DNA of 50,771 nt from a bacterium (GCA_021844025.1 JAKBUF010000002.1:1-50771); one strand, 5' to 3'. Counted from the first letter of the stretch, positions 18,863 through 28,391 are shown. Made by a program: numbers and translations. The notes: generated by a model from the letters alone, not told the origin.

Positions 18863-20548
18863 TTTTGTTTGATTAATCGGACCGAGCGTGGCACCCGCAT
18901 TAAAGGTTCCGGGAAGGTCTTTTCTGCTGATTTCCCGTTCCTCAATTTTGTTGGGGAATGGTATTGTGGCAAAAATCTTGATCTTCTCGCCTTCTATGAC
19001 CACCTCATCGATTATAAGTTTGATAATATCTTTTTTTAGCCGTTCTGTCACGATTTTTGGATCGTTTATCTTACTCAAAAATCTATGGCAAGTTCCTTGA
19101 AAAAGGTCTATTTTGGCATTTACATTGTGTTGGACATTTAGTTTGTTCATCAAACCATCTCTTTCACTGATCAACTTTTCCTCACTTAGCTCAATGTCAG
19201 TTTTCTCTTTTCTGAATTCCGGAAGCGTCATAGCTTCAGCTTTGAACGCTTCGGTGATTCTTTTCTTGGCTACTTCAAGTTTGTTAATAGCACTGTTGAT
19301 ATAATCCAATCTTCCCTCTATGCTTTTTGCCCGATCTTCGTTTAGGACCGACTCATCTCGAAAAGCATTGAATACTTCCTCCGGACTGCTCAAAATTGAT
19401 TTGACCGCATTCCAGACTATTGGCTCTATTTGATCGGCTCGCACATATGGACTATGGCAGTTTTCCTGCGGAGTATTATTCATGCGACTTTTGCAGTAGT
19501 AATAAATAACACCGCTTTTTTCTTGATGACCGCGATAAACAAGCCCGTCTTTACCGCAACGGATCAGCCCTTGCAGTAAATAGGTTTGTTTGGTGCATCG
19601 TTTGGCAAACATCAGATTTTTTCTAGCCTGAAGCAAAGCTTTTTTATGCTGTTCCTCCGACACAATCTTTGGTATTGCTATGGGAAACCATTCCTCCCTC
19701 GGTCTTTTCAGTTGTCTGACTTTTGGCTTGCCTGTTCGTAAGTTGGCTACTTCAAGCTTCATTGTGTAATTCTTGCAACAATGCCAGCTTCCGGTATATG
19801 CCTCATTGGCCAAAACATTTCTTATTGTTACCTCGCTCCACCAGCCAATTGGGTATTTCTTCAAGCCTTTCATTTTCTTATTCTTTTCGGTGTTTTTCAG
19901 ACCGTCATATTTGGTTGGGATTTTTAGCTCGAAGAGTTTTGCTTGGATTTGCCGGATATTCAGCTTATCCTCGGTATACCAGTCATAGATCATTTTTACG
20001 ACTTTGGACTCGTTATCATCGAGTTCGTGTTTACCTTGTGCATAATTATATTTATAACCGAAAAGCGGCCGACCGCCGTTAAACTTCCCAGACTCAATTC
20101 TTCTTTTCATTCCTCGATGGGTTCGCTCCATAATTTTTGCTCGTTCAAATTCGCTGAATGCGCTCAGGATCGTAAAGAGTAGCTTGTCATTTGGTGTCGT
20201 ACCCAATTCTCCGGTCTTGAAGTGAATGGTGATATTTTTCTTCTTCAGTTCCTCAAGAATAATAAGCTGGTTGTATGTGTCTCGACCGATTCGATCGGCA
20301 TCATATACCAAAAAATACCCGACATCATCATGGGTTTTTATGTAATCCCGTAAAGCAGTAAGAGCTGGACGAATTAGAGTCGCTCCAGAGAATCCATCAT
20401 CAATAAAAACCATAGATTCATCTGGGACCGGTAACTTGTGGTTGTTGGCATACTGCAACATTCCACCAATGCCGTGAATTTGAGTATCTATGGTTTGATT
20501 ATTCTTTTGTTCCTCGGTGGATACCCGAGCGTATAGTACTGATTTCAT
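18821..20548 (-). CDS. large serine recombinase (integrase); no stop codon of its own, frame continues into mnmA
   Basis: Resolvase catalytic start MKSVLYARVSTEEQ, recombinase and zinc-ribbon region (CGKDG...YYYCKS), coiled-coil region, about 576 aa. A GTG start at 20581 is also possible. Confidence 0.9.
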
Positions 20549-20630
20549 ATTCTTATACTTATTTTTTGATTCACAACACACCCTACTCTATTTTTGACAA
20601 CAAGCTAAGTGTTAGTTGCCCACAGGTGCT

Positions 20631-21173
20631 TTACCGACTTTTTCCCGTCGCCACCCAGTCCAAAATCTTTTCCTCAGCTTCTTTTGGGTATTGATCTCTG
20701 GAAAGCTGTAACCGCATTTCATAGGGAATAATGTTCCAGCGATCCTCAACGGACAACTCAGCCAATTCTTCTTCACTGACGTGAATAGTTTCTTTCGGCT
20801 TGCCCTCGACCCGATCCAGTATTTCTTTTATCGCAGCTAATTTTACGGTATCGTTTGAGCTTCCCATAAGGGCAATGAGCATTTCGTTGGCTAGGCGGAA
20901 ATTTTGCTCTCTGACTCTGGCTCCGGCACGGCGGATGATAGACATTGTCTCAATATGAACCTTGTCCATTTCGGCTTCATAAAGGCGATAATCCTCACAA
21001 AGTGTTCCTGATTCCTTGAACCAATCTTTGATATTTTGTTCGCTAAATATGCCATTTCTACTTTTTGGCCACTTCTTGTTTAGAGTTTCAGCAATGCTTT
21101 GATATGAATTACCCTTATATTTCAACTCCAAAGCTAGTTTATGACTCGGTGATAAGTGTTTAATTTTTGGCAT
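20631..21173 (-). CDS. HTH protein, small-terminase-like or regulatory (tentative)
   Basis: N-terminal HTH-like segment (KLALELKYKGNSYQSIAETL). The internal motif VKLAAIKEILDRVEGKP is shared with the next ORF. Confidence 0.55.
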   Translation of the reverse strand: MPKIKHLSPSHKLALELKYKGNSYQSIAETLNKKWPKSRNGIFSEQNIKDWFKESGTLCEDYRLYEAEMDKVHIETMSIIRRAGARVREQNFRLANEMLIALMGSSNDTVKLAAIKEILDRVEGKPKETIHVSEEELAELSVEDRWNIIPYEMRLQLSRDQYPKEAEEKILDWVATGKSR

Positions 21174-21185
21174 AAAAAAGTGGAG

Positions 21186-21395
21186 TTAAGTAGAGTTTTT
21201 CTGACCTCTTTTTGGCACGATTATTGCCGGCTTTCCGTATACCCGATCAAGAATGTAGATCGCCGCCTCAAGCTTCACCATGTCGTCTTTGCTTTTTAGA
21301 AGTGAGACCAGAACCTCGGCCGCTTTTACGACATTTCTCTTGAACATATTTATGGCGTTTTCCATTTCTTCGCTGTATTTATTGTTTTTATTCAT
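21186..21395 (-). CDS. small protein sharing the VKLxA...ILDRVxGKP motif
   Basis: MVKLEAAIYILDRVYGKP parallels the motif in the product of 20631..21173. Confidence 0.5.
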   Translation of the reverse strand: MNKNNKYSEEMENAINMFKRNVVKAAEVLVSLLKSKDDMVKLEAAIYILDRVYGKPAIIVPKRGQKNST

Positions 21396-21397
21396 GG

Positions 21398-21886
21398 TTA
21401 TATTTTCATTGAATTTATTAATACTTCTTTATCCCTCACCAACGCATCAAAGGACTCGGTCTCGTGTTCTTCTGCACAAGTTCGTAGATATCGAAGTTCG
21501 TCTAAGGCACTTTGTCTGTTGCACCAATCCTCGTATGTCTTGAGATTGGGACCGACCGCCCAATACGCACCGGGAATATTGTGTTTTACATATCGGCGAG
21601 ATATAGCTCGAGTTTCCAGTAAGTGTTGAACTATACCGGCGTCGGTCAGTCCGGTAACGTTGTTGTATACTCGTCTGGGATTTTGGCTTTCTGGAAATTC
21701 TCGGCCACCCATTCTGAAGGTTTTTATTATTAGTTTTGGTTCGCCATAATACTCCAACGAGTTTTTAAGTGGCACAGTTTTTAACTGTTCAAGCAAAGTC
21801 TCAAAATCTCTGATCTCTTTTCTAAACTTAGGATTATCCAGATCACATCCGCTTTTTATATTCTCTTGTTTTTCAGTGTATTTCAT
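21398..21886 (-). CDS. hypothetical protein (element)
   Basis: 162-aa ORF whose start overlaps the upstream gene's stop by 4 nt. No motif recognised. Confidence 0.6.
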   Translation of the reverse strand: MKYTEKQENIKSGCDLDNPKFRKEIRDFETLLEQLKTVPLKNSLEYYGEPKLIIKTFRMGGREFPESQNPRRVYNNVTGLTDAGIVQHLLETRAISRRYVKHNIPGAYWAVGPNLKTYEDWCNRQSALDELRYLRTCAEEHETESFDALVRDKEVLINSMKI

Positions 21887-22650
21887 ACGATGAATTTAAA
21901 GAGGGTTTCCAGAGTATATTTCTTAAGCCAGCCGGCTTTGACTGCTTCTTGGATTTTCTTAAATCCCTCGATCAGTCGTTTATCCTCAAAGGGTTCAAGG
22001 TTCTTGGCTGGTCTGACATTTCGTCTGATAAAAGCCTCCCACTGATTTTTGGTTTGAAAATCCGGTTCGATCGTATCTGCCCAGTTGCCAATAATGCGAA
22101 TATGTTTATGGGGGCTTGTCTCGCACCATTTCACAAATTCTTTGAGTGTCATCGGGACCTCGGCGATCTGTGCTTTAACTTCTTCTTTCTTCTTCAAGGG
22201 TTCTTCTTTGTGCTCAATGGTTGAACGCTTATCGTTCACCAGTTGCGCGCTTTCATTCATTGGTTGAATGCTTAAAGGTAAGCGTTCACCATTTGAACGC
22301 TTTGATTTTTCCTCGTAATGCCTGATATTCAAAGACCACAAATCAATGATCCGGTATTCGATCGTCTGCTGATTTGTCTCTCCGGTGGCTCTTTTACCGA
22401 TAACCTCAATCCAACCTCGCTCGACCAGCTTTTTCTGATACTTGGCTACGGTGTTTCTTGAGCAATCCAATCTTTTAGCAATTTCCATCGCCGACATCCA
22501 GCACGTGCCTTCTTCGCCAGCCACGCGCTTCATGTATAAATAAATGGCCTGTTCGTAGACCGTCGAATGATTGACGATGTAGTTCGGGATAATCGTGAAG
22601 TATTTCCGGTCTCCGCTTTTGTCTATGATCTTGAATGGGTCGTTTCGCAT
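21883..22650 (-). CDS. winged-HTH protein, replication-initiator or organiser-like (tentative)
   Basis: FTIIPNYIVNH...YLYMKRVAGEEGTCWMSAMEIAKRLDCSRNTVAKYQKKLVERGWIEV is a typical N-terminal wHTH of plasmid and phage replication proteins. Confidence 0.6.
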   Translation of the reverse strand: MRNDPFKIIDKSGDRKYFTIIPNYIVNHSTVYEQAIYLYMKRVAGEEGTCWMSAMEIAKRLDCSRNTVAKYQKKLVERGWIEVIGKRATGETNQQTIEYRIIDLWSLNIRHYEEKSKRSNGERLPLSIQPMNESAQLVNDKRSTIEHKEEPLKKKEEVKAQIAEVPMTLKEFVKWCETSPHKHIRIIGNWADTIEPDFQTKNQWEAFIRRNVRPAKNLEPFEDKRLIEGFKKIQEAVKAGWLKKYTLETLFKFIV

Positions 22651-22654
22651 AGAT

Positions 22655-22915
22655 TTATTTTGACTCGTGCAAAAGAGCCTTGAGTTTACGGATAGCGGAA
22701 ATGAAATCCCTCACACTGACTTCAGCATCCTCGGCAAAGTTATATTCATCAGTGAGTATCTGTCGGCTTGGCGAGTCAATAAACACAAAGGACCGACGAT
22801 CTAAATCATCGGTTTGATCTAAACCAACCAGCTGGATACCTTTGGCCAACAAAAAACAGCTCAAATAGAAGCTGGTGGTGCTATATGTTGGCGTGTTTGA
22901 TTTTTTGGTTTTCAT
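22655..22915 (-). CDS. small phage/plasmid-type protein (DUF5659-like, from memory)
   Basis: Start taken at MKTKKSN. FYLSCFLLAKGIQLVGLD...FVFIDS resembles the DUF5659 pattern and needs HMM confirmation. Confidence 0.45.
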   Translation of the reverse strand: MKTKKSNTPTYSTTSFYLSCFLLAKGIQLVGLDQTDDLDRRSFVFIDSPSRQILTDEYNFAEDAEVSVRDFISAIRKLKALLHESK

Positions 22916-23069
22916 AGTTATTTTTATTGTTAATTTGATTATTTTTATTGTTTTCCGGTTCTGGTAATGCAAGCAATAGATCCCACAGCTGACGCAGTCG
23001 GTCTTTCTTGTCTGGCGATTCCCTATAAATAAATTCCGTTTGGAATTTAGGAAATCTTTTTATTCTCAT
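22881..23069 (-). CDS. small ORF at the head of the replication/regulatory operon (weak)
   Basis: 62 aa with a low-complexity Asn/Lys tail. It overlaps the next start. Confidence 0.3.
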   Translation of the reverse strand: MRIKRFPKFQTEFIYRESPDKKDRLRQLWDLLLALPEPENNKNNQINNKNNYENQKIKHANI

Positions 23070-23089
23070 CTTGATTTTTTTACATAAAA

Positions 23090-23139
23090 CGCAAAAAGCT
23101 CGCGATCGATTACCACAAATGTGATATCCAATCGCGAGC
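23090..23139 (-). terminator. putative terminator after the envelope-protein operon
   Basis: 9-bp stem GCTCGCGAT/ATCGCGAGC (23098-23139), followed on the minus strand by TTTTTGCGTTTTATG. The 24-nt loop is long for an intrinsic terminator. Confidence 0.4.
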
Positions 23140-23262
23140 CCTTGAACTCGGAATCCCTTTCAGGTCTGCCCCGTGAGGCAAAAATTTATTTAGTTGTTAC
23201 AGTTATTATAACATTGTCTGAAAATTCTTTGCAAGAAGATCGGCTGTGTATAAATATCATAA

Positions 23263-23979
23263 TTAGAAAATATCGTCAGGAGAACTTTTGGCTAATTCAC
23301 TTATTTCATTCTCCAACCTAGAATATTCTTCCTTAGCTTGTTCTTTGGAAATATCCTGCTCCCATTGGGAGTGCAAAAGCCCTTCAATAAAAGGACTTTT
23401 GCTTTTAAGTCTATCCTGGTGAATCCTTTCCAAAACTAAAAGTTTTTTAGTCCATTCATTTAGCTTTGGTAAATCATTGTTTAGAAGATAGTCCATCTTA
23501 CTTGCAAGAAAAGTAAAATTTACAGGCACTACGGGCTGACCATTTATATATAAATCCTCAAGGCGTGTCAGCGTGTGGTTGGTAGAAATTATATTGAAAT
23601 TCAGTCGGTCTATACTCATCCGATATGAAAAAACTTTGTTAGTTAAATCCAAACTACCTAACTCCATTTCGATTTCTTCAGGTATAGCAAACGTACTTAA
23701 TCTATTGCTAGTAGTGTGATTCTTTTTTAGAGATGCTGAAGTATCTTTTATTACAGTTTCAATAACACCAAACTCGTGAAGGTGTTTCATTAGTACTCTA
23801 TCCAACTTAACTAAAGTATTTTTATGCTGAACAAAACGTTCGCGCCGTTTGGTTATCCAGTATGCAATAAGCCCAAAAACAAAAGCAAAAAAGGCACCGG
23901 CAAACGCACCCCAGAAACTTGAAAGGCCTGCTGAATCGTTAGAATGATTAAGGAAGTGGTGGTAATAATAAAAATCCAT
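23263..23979 (-). CDS. N-terminally anchored membrane protein, unknown function (element cargo)
   Basis: One TM segment (FWGAFAGAFFAFVFGLIAYWI) followed by KRRERF, which suggests a cytoplasmic C-terminal domain. Confidence 0.7.
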   Translation of the reverse strand: MDFYYYHHFLNHSNDSAGLSSFWGAFAGAFFAFVFGLIAYWITKRRERFVQHKNTLVKLDRVLMKHLHEFGVIETVIKDTSASLKKNHTTSNRLSTFAIPEEIEMELGSLDLTNKVFSYRMSIDRLNFNIISTNHTLTRLEDLYINGQPVVPVNFTFLASKMDYLLNNDLPKLNEWTKKLLVLERIHQDRLKSKSPFIEGLLHSQWEQDISKEQAKEEYSRLENEISELAKSSPDDIF

Positions 23980-23985
23980 AAAGCA

Positions 23986-24786
23986 TTACTGCGTCAGCTT
24001 ATAGGCTTTCTGTTCTTCATAGGTTTGAAATGTGAGACTTAATTGAAGAACTTTTGCCGCCAAAAGGTAGGTATTCTTATTGTAATCATTGAGAGAAGAT
24101 CCGAACGCTCTCTGAATTTCGCTAATGAGATCCTGTCGTTGGCTTGACGACAATGAGTATTTAATTGGACCCGTGGCCTCGCCTTGCTCAACAGGTAACT
24201 GAATCAAACCTTTGGTAATGACGAGAAGGATTTTGTTTTGGAACAGATCTTTTTGAAGTGTATCCTGTGCCGCGGCGTATTGTGCAATATCGTACTTTAT
24301 TTGTTGTGGATTAAGCGTATCTGGTGTTGCGGTACGCAATGCTTCACTGATCTTTTGATTAGCGTTTTTTAATGTAAGAACATCAGCGTAAAGTAAAGTC
24401 GTGACAGACTTAATGCTGTCATCTTTATCATTAACATATGACTGCAAAGAAGACACTGCACCCATGAGGTCTGAGTCAATCCCTAACATTGCTGTTGTTT
24501 GTTGTATATCCTGTGAAGACGTGGGGTATCTAGTCTGAGCGTCAGTCAATTCTTGAGTTGTAAGATAAAGACTATGTAGTACATTAATTATCGAGGATAA
24601 ATAGGAATACATGTGATCCGCAGACGCACTTACTTGCCCATTCGTCTTATTTTCTACAGCAGAAACATTTCCATTTGTAGTTGAGGATTGAGTTGCAGAA
24701 TTGCTAGAACTTTGCCAAGAAAAATAAATAATCGCTAAAATGATAATAATGATAACTGCTATTCCAACTGATGTTTGTTTTTTCAT
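23986..24786 (-). CDS. anchored or secreted protein, unknown function (element cargo)
   Basis: N-terminal TM or signal segment (VGIAVIIIIILAIIYF), a Ser/Thr-rich linker and a helical remainder. Confidence 0.7.
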   Translation of the reverse strand: MKKQTSVGIAVIIIIILAIIYFSWQSSSNSATQSSTTNGNVSAVENKTNGQVSASADHMYSYLSSIINVLHSLYLTTQELTDAQTRYPTSSQDIQQTTAMLGIDSDLMGAVSSLQSYVNDKDDSIKSVTTLLYADVLTLKNANQKISEALRTATPDTLNPQQIKYDIAQYAAAQDTLQKDLFQNKILLVITKGLIQLPVEQGEATGPIKYSLSSSQRQDLISEIQRAFGSSLNDYNKNTYLLAAKVLQLSLTFQTYEEQKAYKLTQ

Positions 24787-24793
24787 AAGTTTT

Positions 24794-25738
24794 TTATGGG
24801 GTAGAAATTTTATTTGTATCTAAATGAACAGTCAAAGAGGGGCCCGAATTCGCTGAATTAATATGGACAGTACTTAAATCGACAAATGCAATGTCTGTCG
24901 GCCATTCATACATATCGGATGGAACATAGAGGATAAAATACTTACCTTGCGTCTTATCAAGACCAACAACCACTCCTTTGAAGTACGAGACGAATTTATA
25001 ATTGTTGTTTTCTAGCGAACCAGTGACTGTCGTCCCGTTCCATTGGTCGAACAAATTTGTGTCATAGTAAGTAAACTTCACCGGTACGGCGTAGTTCATC
25101 ATGGCAGTCCAAATGTTTTCGTTATCGAGTTGCCATTTTTGAACGGCATTATCAGCGGAATTTACATCCAAATTTTGCTGACTAGTATGGGCAATCTTAG
25201 GTGATTCTGCTATTTGCTGAGTGAGATAATCATATACAGCTTTATTGCTCTGTACGTCGCTATTTACCTGACCGGGTTGATTTATATTTCCATTTCCACC
25301 TGAAACACTCATGCTGTACAGGTGTGCCTGTGATGGCGAAAAAAGATTAAATGCAACTGTTCCAGCCGCACTTCCATAACTTTCCGTTACGAAGTAAATA
25401 TAATACGAACCACCGAGCTTAACTTTCTTTGCATCTGACGGACATTCTAGTGTTCCACAAACAATTTGGACCGATTCTGATTGTTCTTGCCATAAATCCG
25501 CAACTTGTTTCAAAACCAAAAGCCGTGACTCGTTATATTTACCATCAGCAATACTTCCAACAATGTAATAATCGCCGTTATCTCGGACCGCAATAGAGAA
25601 CGTTGGATTTTTTACATATTGATGTTGGACAATTTGAGCCGCTTCTTGATCCGACATCGTTGGCTTTTCATAAAAAGCAAAAAATGCACCGACAGCAACT
25701 ATGACGATAACTATTCCGATCCAGCTTTGTTTATTCAT
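24794..25738 (-). CDS. anchored or secreted protein, unknown function (element cargo)
   Basis: N-terminal TM or signal segment (WIGIVIVIVAVGAFFAF) and a beta-rich remainder. Confidence 0.7.
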   Translation of the reverse strand: MNKQSWIGIVIVIVAVGAFFAFYEKPTMSDQEAAQIVQHQYVKNPTFSIAVRDNGDYYIVGSIADGKYNESRLLVLKQVADLWQEQSESVQIVCGTLECPSDAKKVKLGGSYYIYFVTESYGSAAGTVAFNLFSPSQAHLYSMSVSGGNGNINQPGQVNSDVQSNKAVYDYLTQQIAESPKIAHTSQQNLDVNSADNAVQKWQLDNENIWTAMMNYAVPVKFTYYDTNLFDQWNGTTVTGSLENNNYKFVSYFKGVVVGLDKTQGKYFILYVPSDMYEWPTDIAFVDLSTVHINSANSGPSLTVHLDTNKISTP

Positions 25739-25743
25739 AAAAT

Positions 25744-26919
25744 TTATTTAAATAACCAGCTAAACATTCTCTGATACCACGGTATATTGTTTCCTGCCCC
25801 TGAACCAGATTGAGTAGTGGTTGCGTCTTTTTTGACCGATAAAGTAGGAGTAATTACTTTGGTCTCTGTTTTAGGCGGAGTCGGTGTTGAGATTGTTGGT
25901 GGCGGAATACATGCTGTTCTTGCACTATTCCATACATAGTTGGTTTTACAATTGCAGTTTAAGTTTCCATCATTCGTCTTTGTGCCGTCCCAGCTAACAT
26001 TTACTCCAAAATCATCTTGGCAGAGTTGGTCATTTGATTTAATTGGGACAACAGGTTCAATTATGCAACTTGTCCTCTGGGTATTCCAAATGTAGCCGGT
26101 TTTGCAACTGCATCCCAATCCTTTTTCAACAGTGCCAGTTCCATCCCAATTACTATTTATTCCAAATTCATCATTACACCTTTGATCATTTGTTTTGTTG
26201 GGAACAGGGACGCAACCATCGTTCGTTGTATTAGGCTGATATCCAGTATTACATTGGCACTTGGTTGAGTCGGTGACTGAGGTATGTGAATTAATCGGAC
26301 AGGTATTTTGAGGTGCTGAATATGCTGATGTGTTTGAATAAGAAGTTCCTTGATATACACAGCTTGAACCACTTACCACATAGCCATAATTACATTTGCA
26401 CGATGATACCCCATCATAATAAGAATTGAGTGGGCATGTGGGCGTTGTGGGAGCAGTATAAGTTCCAGTATAAACACAACTTGTCTTGTTGTAATTTACG
26501 CTATAGCCGTAATTACATGAGCATTTACCAGACGAATTAGCAGAAGAATTCGCTGGACAAGTGCTGTATGTATTTCCACTTCCGTATGTCGTATTGCCGA
26601 TAGATTGATAGCTACTACCATCGCTTCCATATATTGAATTTCCTATGCTTTGATAAGAAGTGCCGTTGCTACTATAAGTCGTATTACCGATCTGTTGATA
26701 GGATGTTCCGTCATTGCCGTATGTTGTATTTCCGATGGTCTGGTAACTACTTCCGTCACTCCCATATATCGAGTTACCGATTTGCTGATAACTAGTCCCA
26801 TCATCGCAATATGTTGAATTTCCTATTCTTTGACAACTTGAGGCAATAACATCATTTGCGTTGAATGCAAACAGAGTAAGAAAAAATAAAATTGGTATAA
26901 AAAATATTATCTTTTTCAT
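25744..26919 (-). CDS. secreted repeat protein: 15-aa tandem repeats plus EGF-like Cys-rich modules
   Basis: Signal peptide. Then (SYQxIGNxxYGxDGx) six times, then CPxNS...CxCNYGY...C three times and NDQxC.DxFG.N..WDG....C.CKT.Y.WN...T.CI twice. ATG 26919 follows a GAGG; the track used a GTG at 26928. Confidence 0.75.
   Translation of the reverse strand: MKKIIFFIPILFFLTLFAFNANDVIASSCQRIGNSTYCDDGTSYQQIGNSIYGSDGSSYQTIGNTTYGNDGTSYQQIGNTTYSSNGTSYQSIGNSIYGSDGSSYQSIGNTTYGSGNTYSTCPANSSANSSGKCSCNYGYSVNYNKTSCVYTGTYTAPTTPTCPLNSYYDGVSSCKCNYGYVVSGSSCVYQGTSYSNTSAYSAPQNTCPINSHTSVTDSTKCQCNTGYQPNTTNDGCVPVPNKTNDQRCNDEFGINSNWDGTGTVEKGLGCSCKTGYIWNTQRTSCIIEPVVPIKSNDQLCQDDFGVNVSWDGTKTNDGNLNCNCKTNYVWNSARTACIPPPTISTPTPPKTETKVITPTLSVKKDATTTQSGSGAGNNIPWYQRMFSWLFK
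26566..26835 (-). repeat. 45-bp (15-codon) tandem repeats inside the secreted-protein gene
   Basis: Period read from the translation: S46, S61, S76, S91 and S106 each begin SYQ.IGN..Y. Confidence 0.7.
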
Positions 26920-26924
26920 AAACC

Positions 26925-27146
26925 TCACTTAATAAAATAGTTGATGTCTTTGTTGTAGATTTTCGCAAAAGTTTGGAGTTCAACAACGTCAACCCTTTGC
27001 TGTCCCGACTCAACATTAGAAATGTGCGATTGTGGTCGCCTCAATTTCTTAGCGACTTGCACCTGAGTCAATCCTGCCTCTTCACGAGCCTTTCGCAGTC
27101 GCTCGACAAAATAGGCGTATTCCTTTGTTCTTATTGACCTAGTCAT
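26925..27146 (-). CDS. XRE-family HTH transcriptional regulator
   Basis: LTQVQVAKKLRRPQSHISNVESGQQRVDVVEL is a typical Cro/CI-type HTH. Its stop lies 5 nt before the next start. Confidence 0.85.
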   Translation of the reverse strand: MTRSIRTKEYAYFVERLRKAREEAGLTQVQVAKKLRRPQSHISNVESGQQRVDVVELQTFAKIYNKDINYFIK

Positions 27147-27216
27147 ATACTACTATGTTCTATCTAAATATTCAATATCCAAAGTTTAGATATTGTGTAT
27201 ATGAGCCAAAAACGCT

Positions 27217-27258
27217 AACTTTATAAAGTTCTAGCATTTTGCATAACTTTATAAAGTT
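27217..27258. promoter_or_regulatory. two identical 14-bp palindromes (AACTTTATAAAGTT) in the divergent XRE/Fic intergenic region
   Basis: Copies at 27217-27230 and 27245-27258, 28 bp centre to centre. Each is a perfect palindrome. Confidence 0.6.
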
Positions 27259-27301
27259 TGGTAATATGGTAAATATCCATTACAAGCTAAATTGAGCTTT
27301 T

Positions 27302-28234
27302 ATGAATACACGTCAAAAACTAGAAGTAATTCAAAGAATGTTGGGTTTGACCCAGACAAAGCTAGCTGAAAGGTTTGGCGTGTCTTTCGCCGCTTTCAAC
27401 AGTTGGTGGACCGGTAAATCCAATCCCCGACCAAAAATGCAGGCTTCCATTGATGAGCTGTTTTTGGAAGTGACCGGACAAAAAACAATTCCCTCTGATC
27501 AACTGACAGCTAAAAAACAAGCCCTCCAACAAAAGTCCGGAGAATATAAAAGTGTTATAAATGAAATTTTAAATAACCCCGATATTCGTGACCAGTTTAT
27601 TTTGAAACTCACCTACCACAGTAACAGTATTGAAGGCAGTACACTTACCGAGCCGGACACTGCCGCAATCCTTTTTGACAACGCAGCTTTACCGAATAAA
27701 AGTCTGACCGAGCAACTAGAAGCAAAAAATCACCAGACGGCTTTAAATTATTTATTTGATCATATCGCCAAGAAAGAAAAAGTTGACGAGGCACTTGTGC
27801 TCAAACTCCACAGCATTCTCATGAACGGCGTTCGTCCGGACGCCGGTGTATATCGCAATCATGGTGTCAGAATCACCGGCGTTAATTTGCCAACAGCGAA
27901 CTACATGAGTGTTCCGAAATTGATACCAGAGGTTATGGCTCGCATCACTGAAAAAACTAAGGATATTGTGGCCTTATCCGCTGGCGTTCACAGTAAGTTT
28001 GAACAAATCCACCCATTCGGAGACGGCAACGGTCGTGTTGGTCGTTTGCTTATGAATGCCATGCTACTTAGTGCAAACTTTACTCCGGCCATCATTCGTC
28101 AGGAACAAAAACAGCTTTACTACACCTATCTTTATAAAGCTCAGACCAAAGAAGATCAGAGCCAATTGGAGGATTTTCTCTGTGAAGCAATTATGGACGG
28201 ATTCAAAATCTTGGACCGGACGGATATTCGGTAA
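27302..28234 (+). CDS. HTH-Fic protein (probable AMPylase, class II-like with an N-terminal inhibitory motif)
   Basis: Fic motif HPFGDGNGRVGR (28010-28045). Upstream SNSIEG fits [ST]xxxE[GN]. N-terminal HTH LGLTQTKLAERFGVSFAAFNSWW. Confidence 0.9.
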   Translation: MNTRQKLEVIQRMLGLTQTKLAERFGVSFAAFNSWWTGKSNPRPKMQASIDELFLEVTGQKTIPSDQLTAKKQALQQKSGEYKSVINEILNNPDIRDQFILKLTYHSNSIEGSTLTEPDTAAILFDNAALPNKSLTEQLEAKNHQTALNYLFDHIAKKEKVDEALVLKLHSILMNGVRPDAGVYRNHGVRITGVNLPTANYMSVPKLIPEVMARITEKTKDIVALSAGVHSKFEQIHPFGDGNGRVGRLLMNAMLLSANFTPAIIRQEQKQLYYTYLYKAQTKEDQSQLEDFLCEAIMDGFKILDRTDIR

Positions 28235-28391
28235 TTAATACCAGTCATATTTGCTTAAGTTAAGCAAATCGTCCCAAGCTCTCAAAATTCGGTCACAATC
28301 GTTTTCAGTTTCCGAATCGGTACAAATCTCTTACTCTTGATATAAAGCTCGTCACACGGGCACCTAAAGGATAATAAACTAAATACAAAAA

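Noticed and set aside
17696-20581. The 961-aa ORF taken at face value as one bifunctional recombinase-MnmA protein
   Set aside because: The MnmA part begins 10 codons into a normal MnmA, and the missing start is found in frame 9.7 kb away. The ORF is best read as an insertion junction. The fusion may still be translated.
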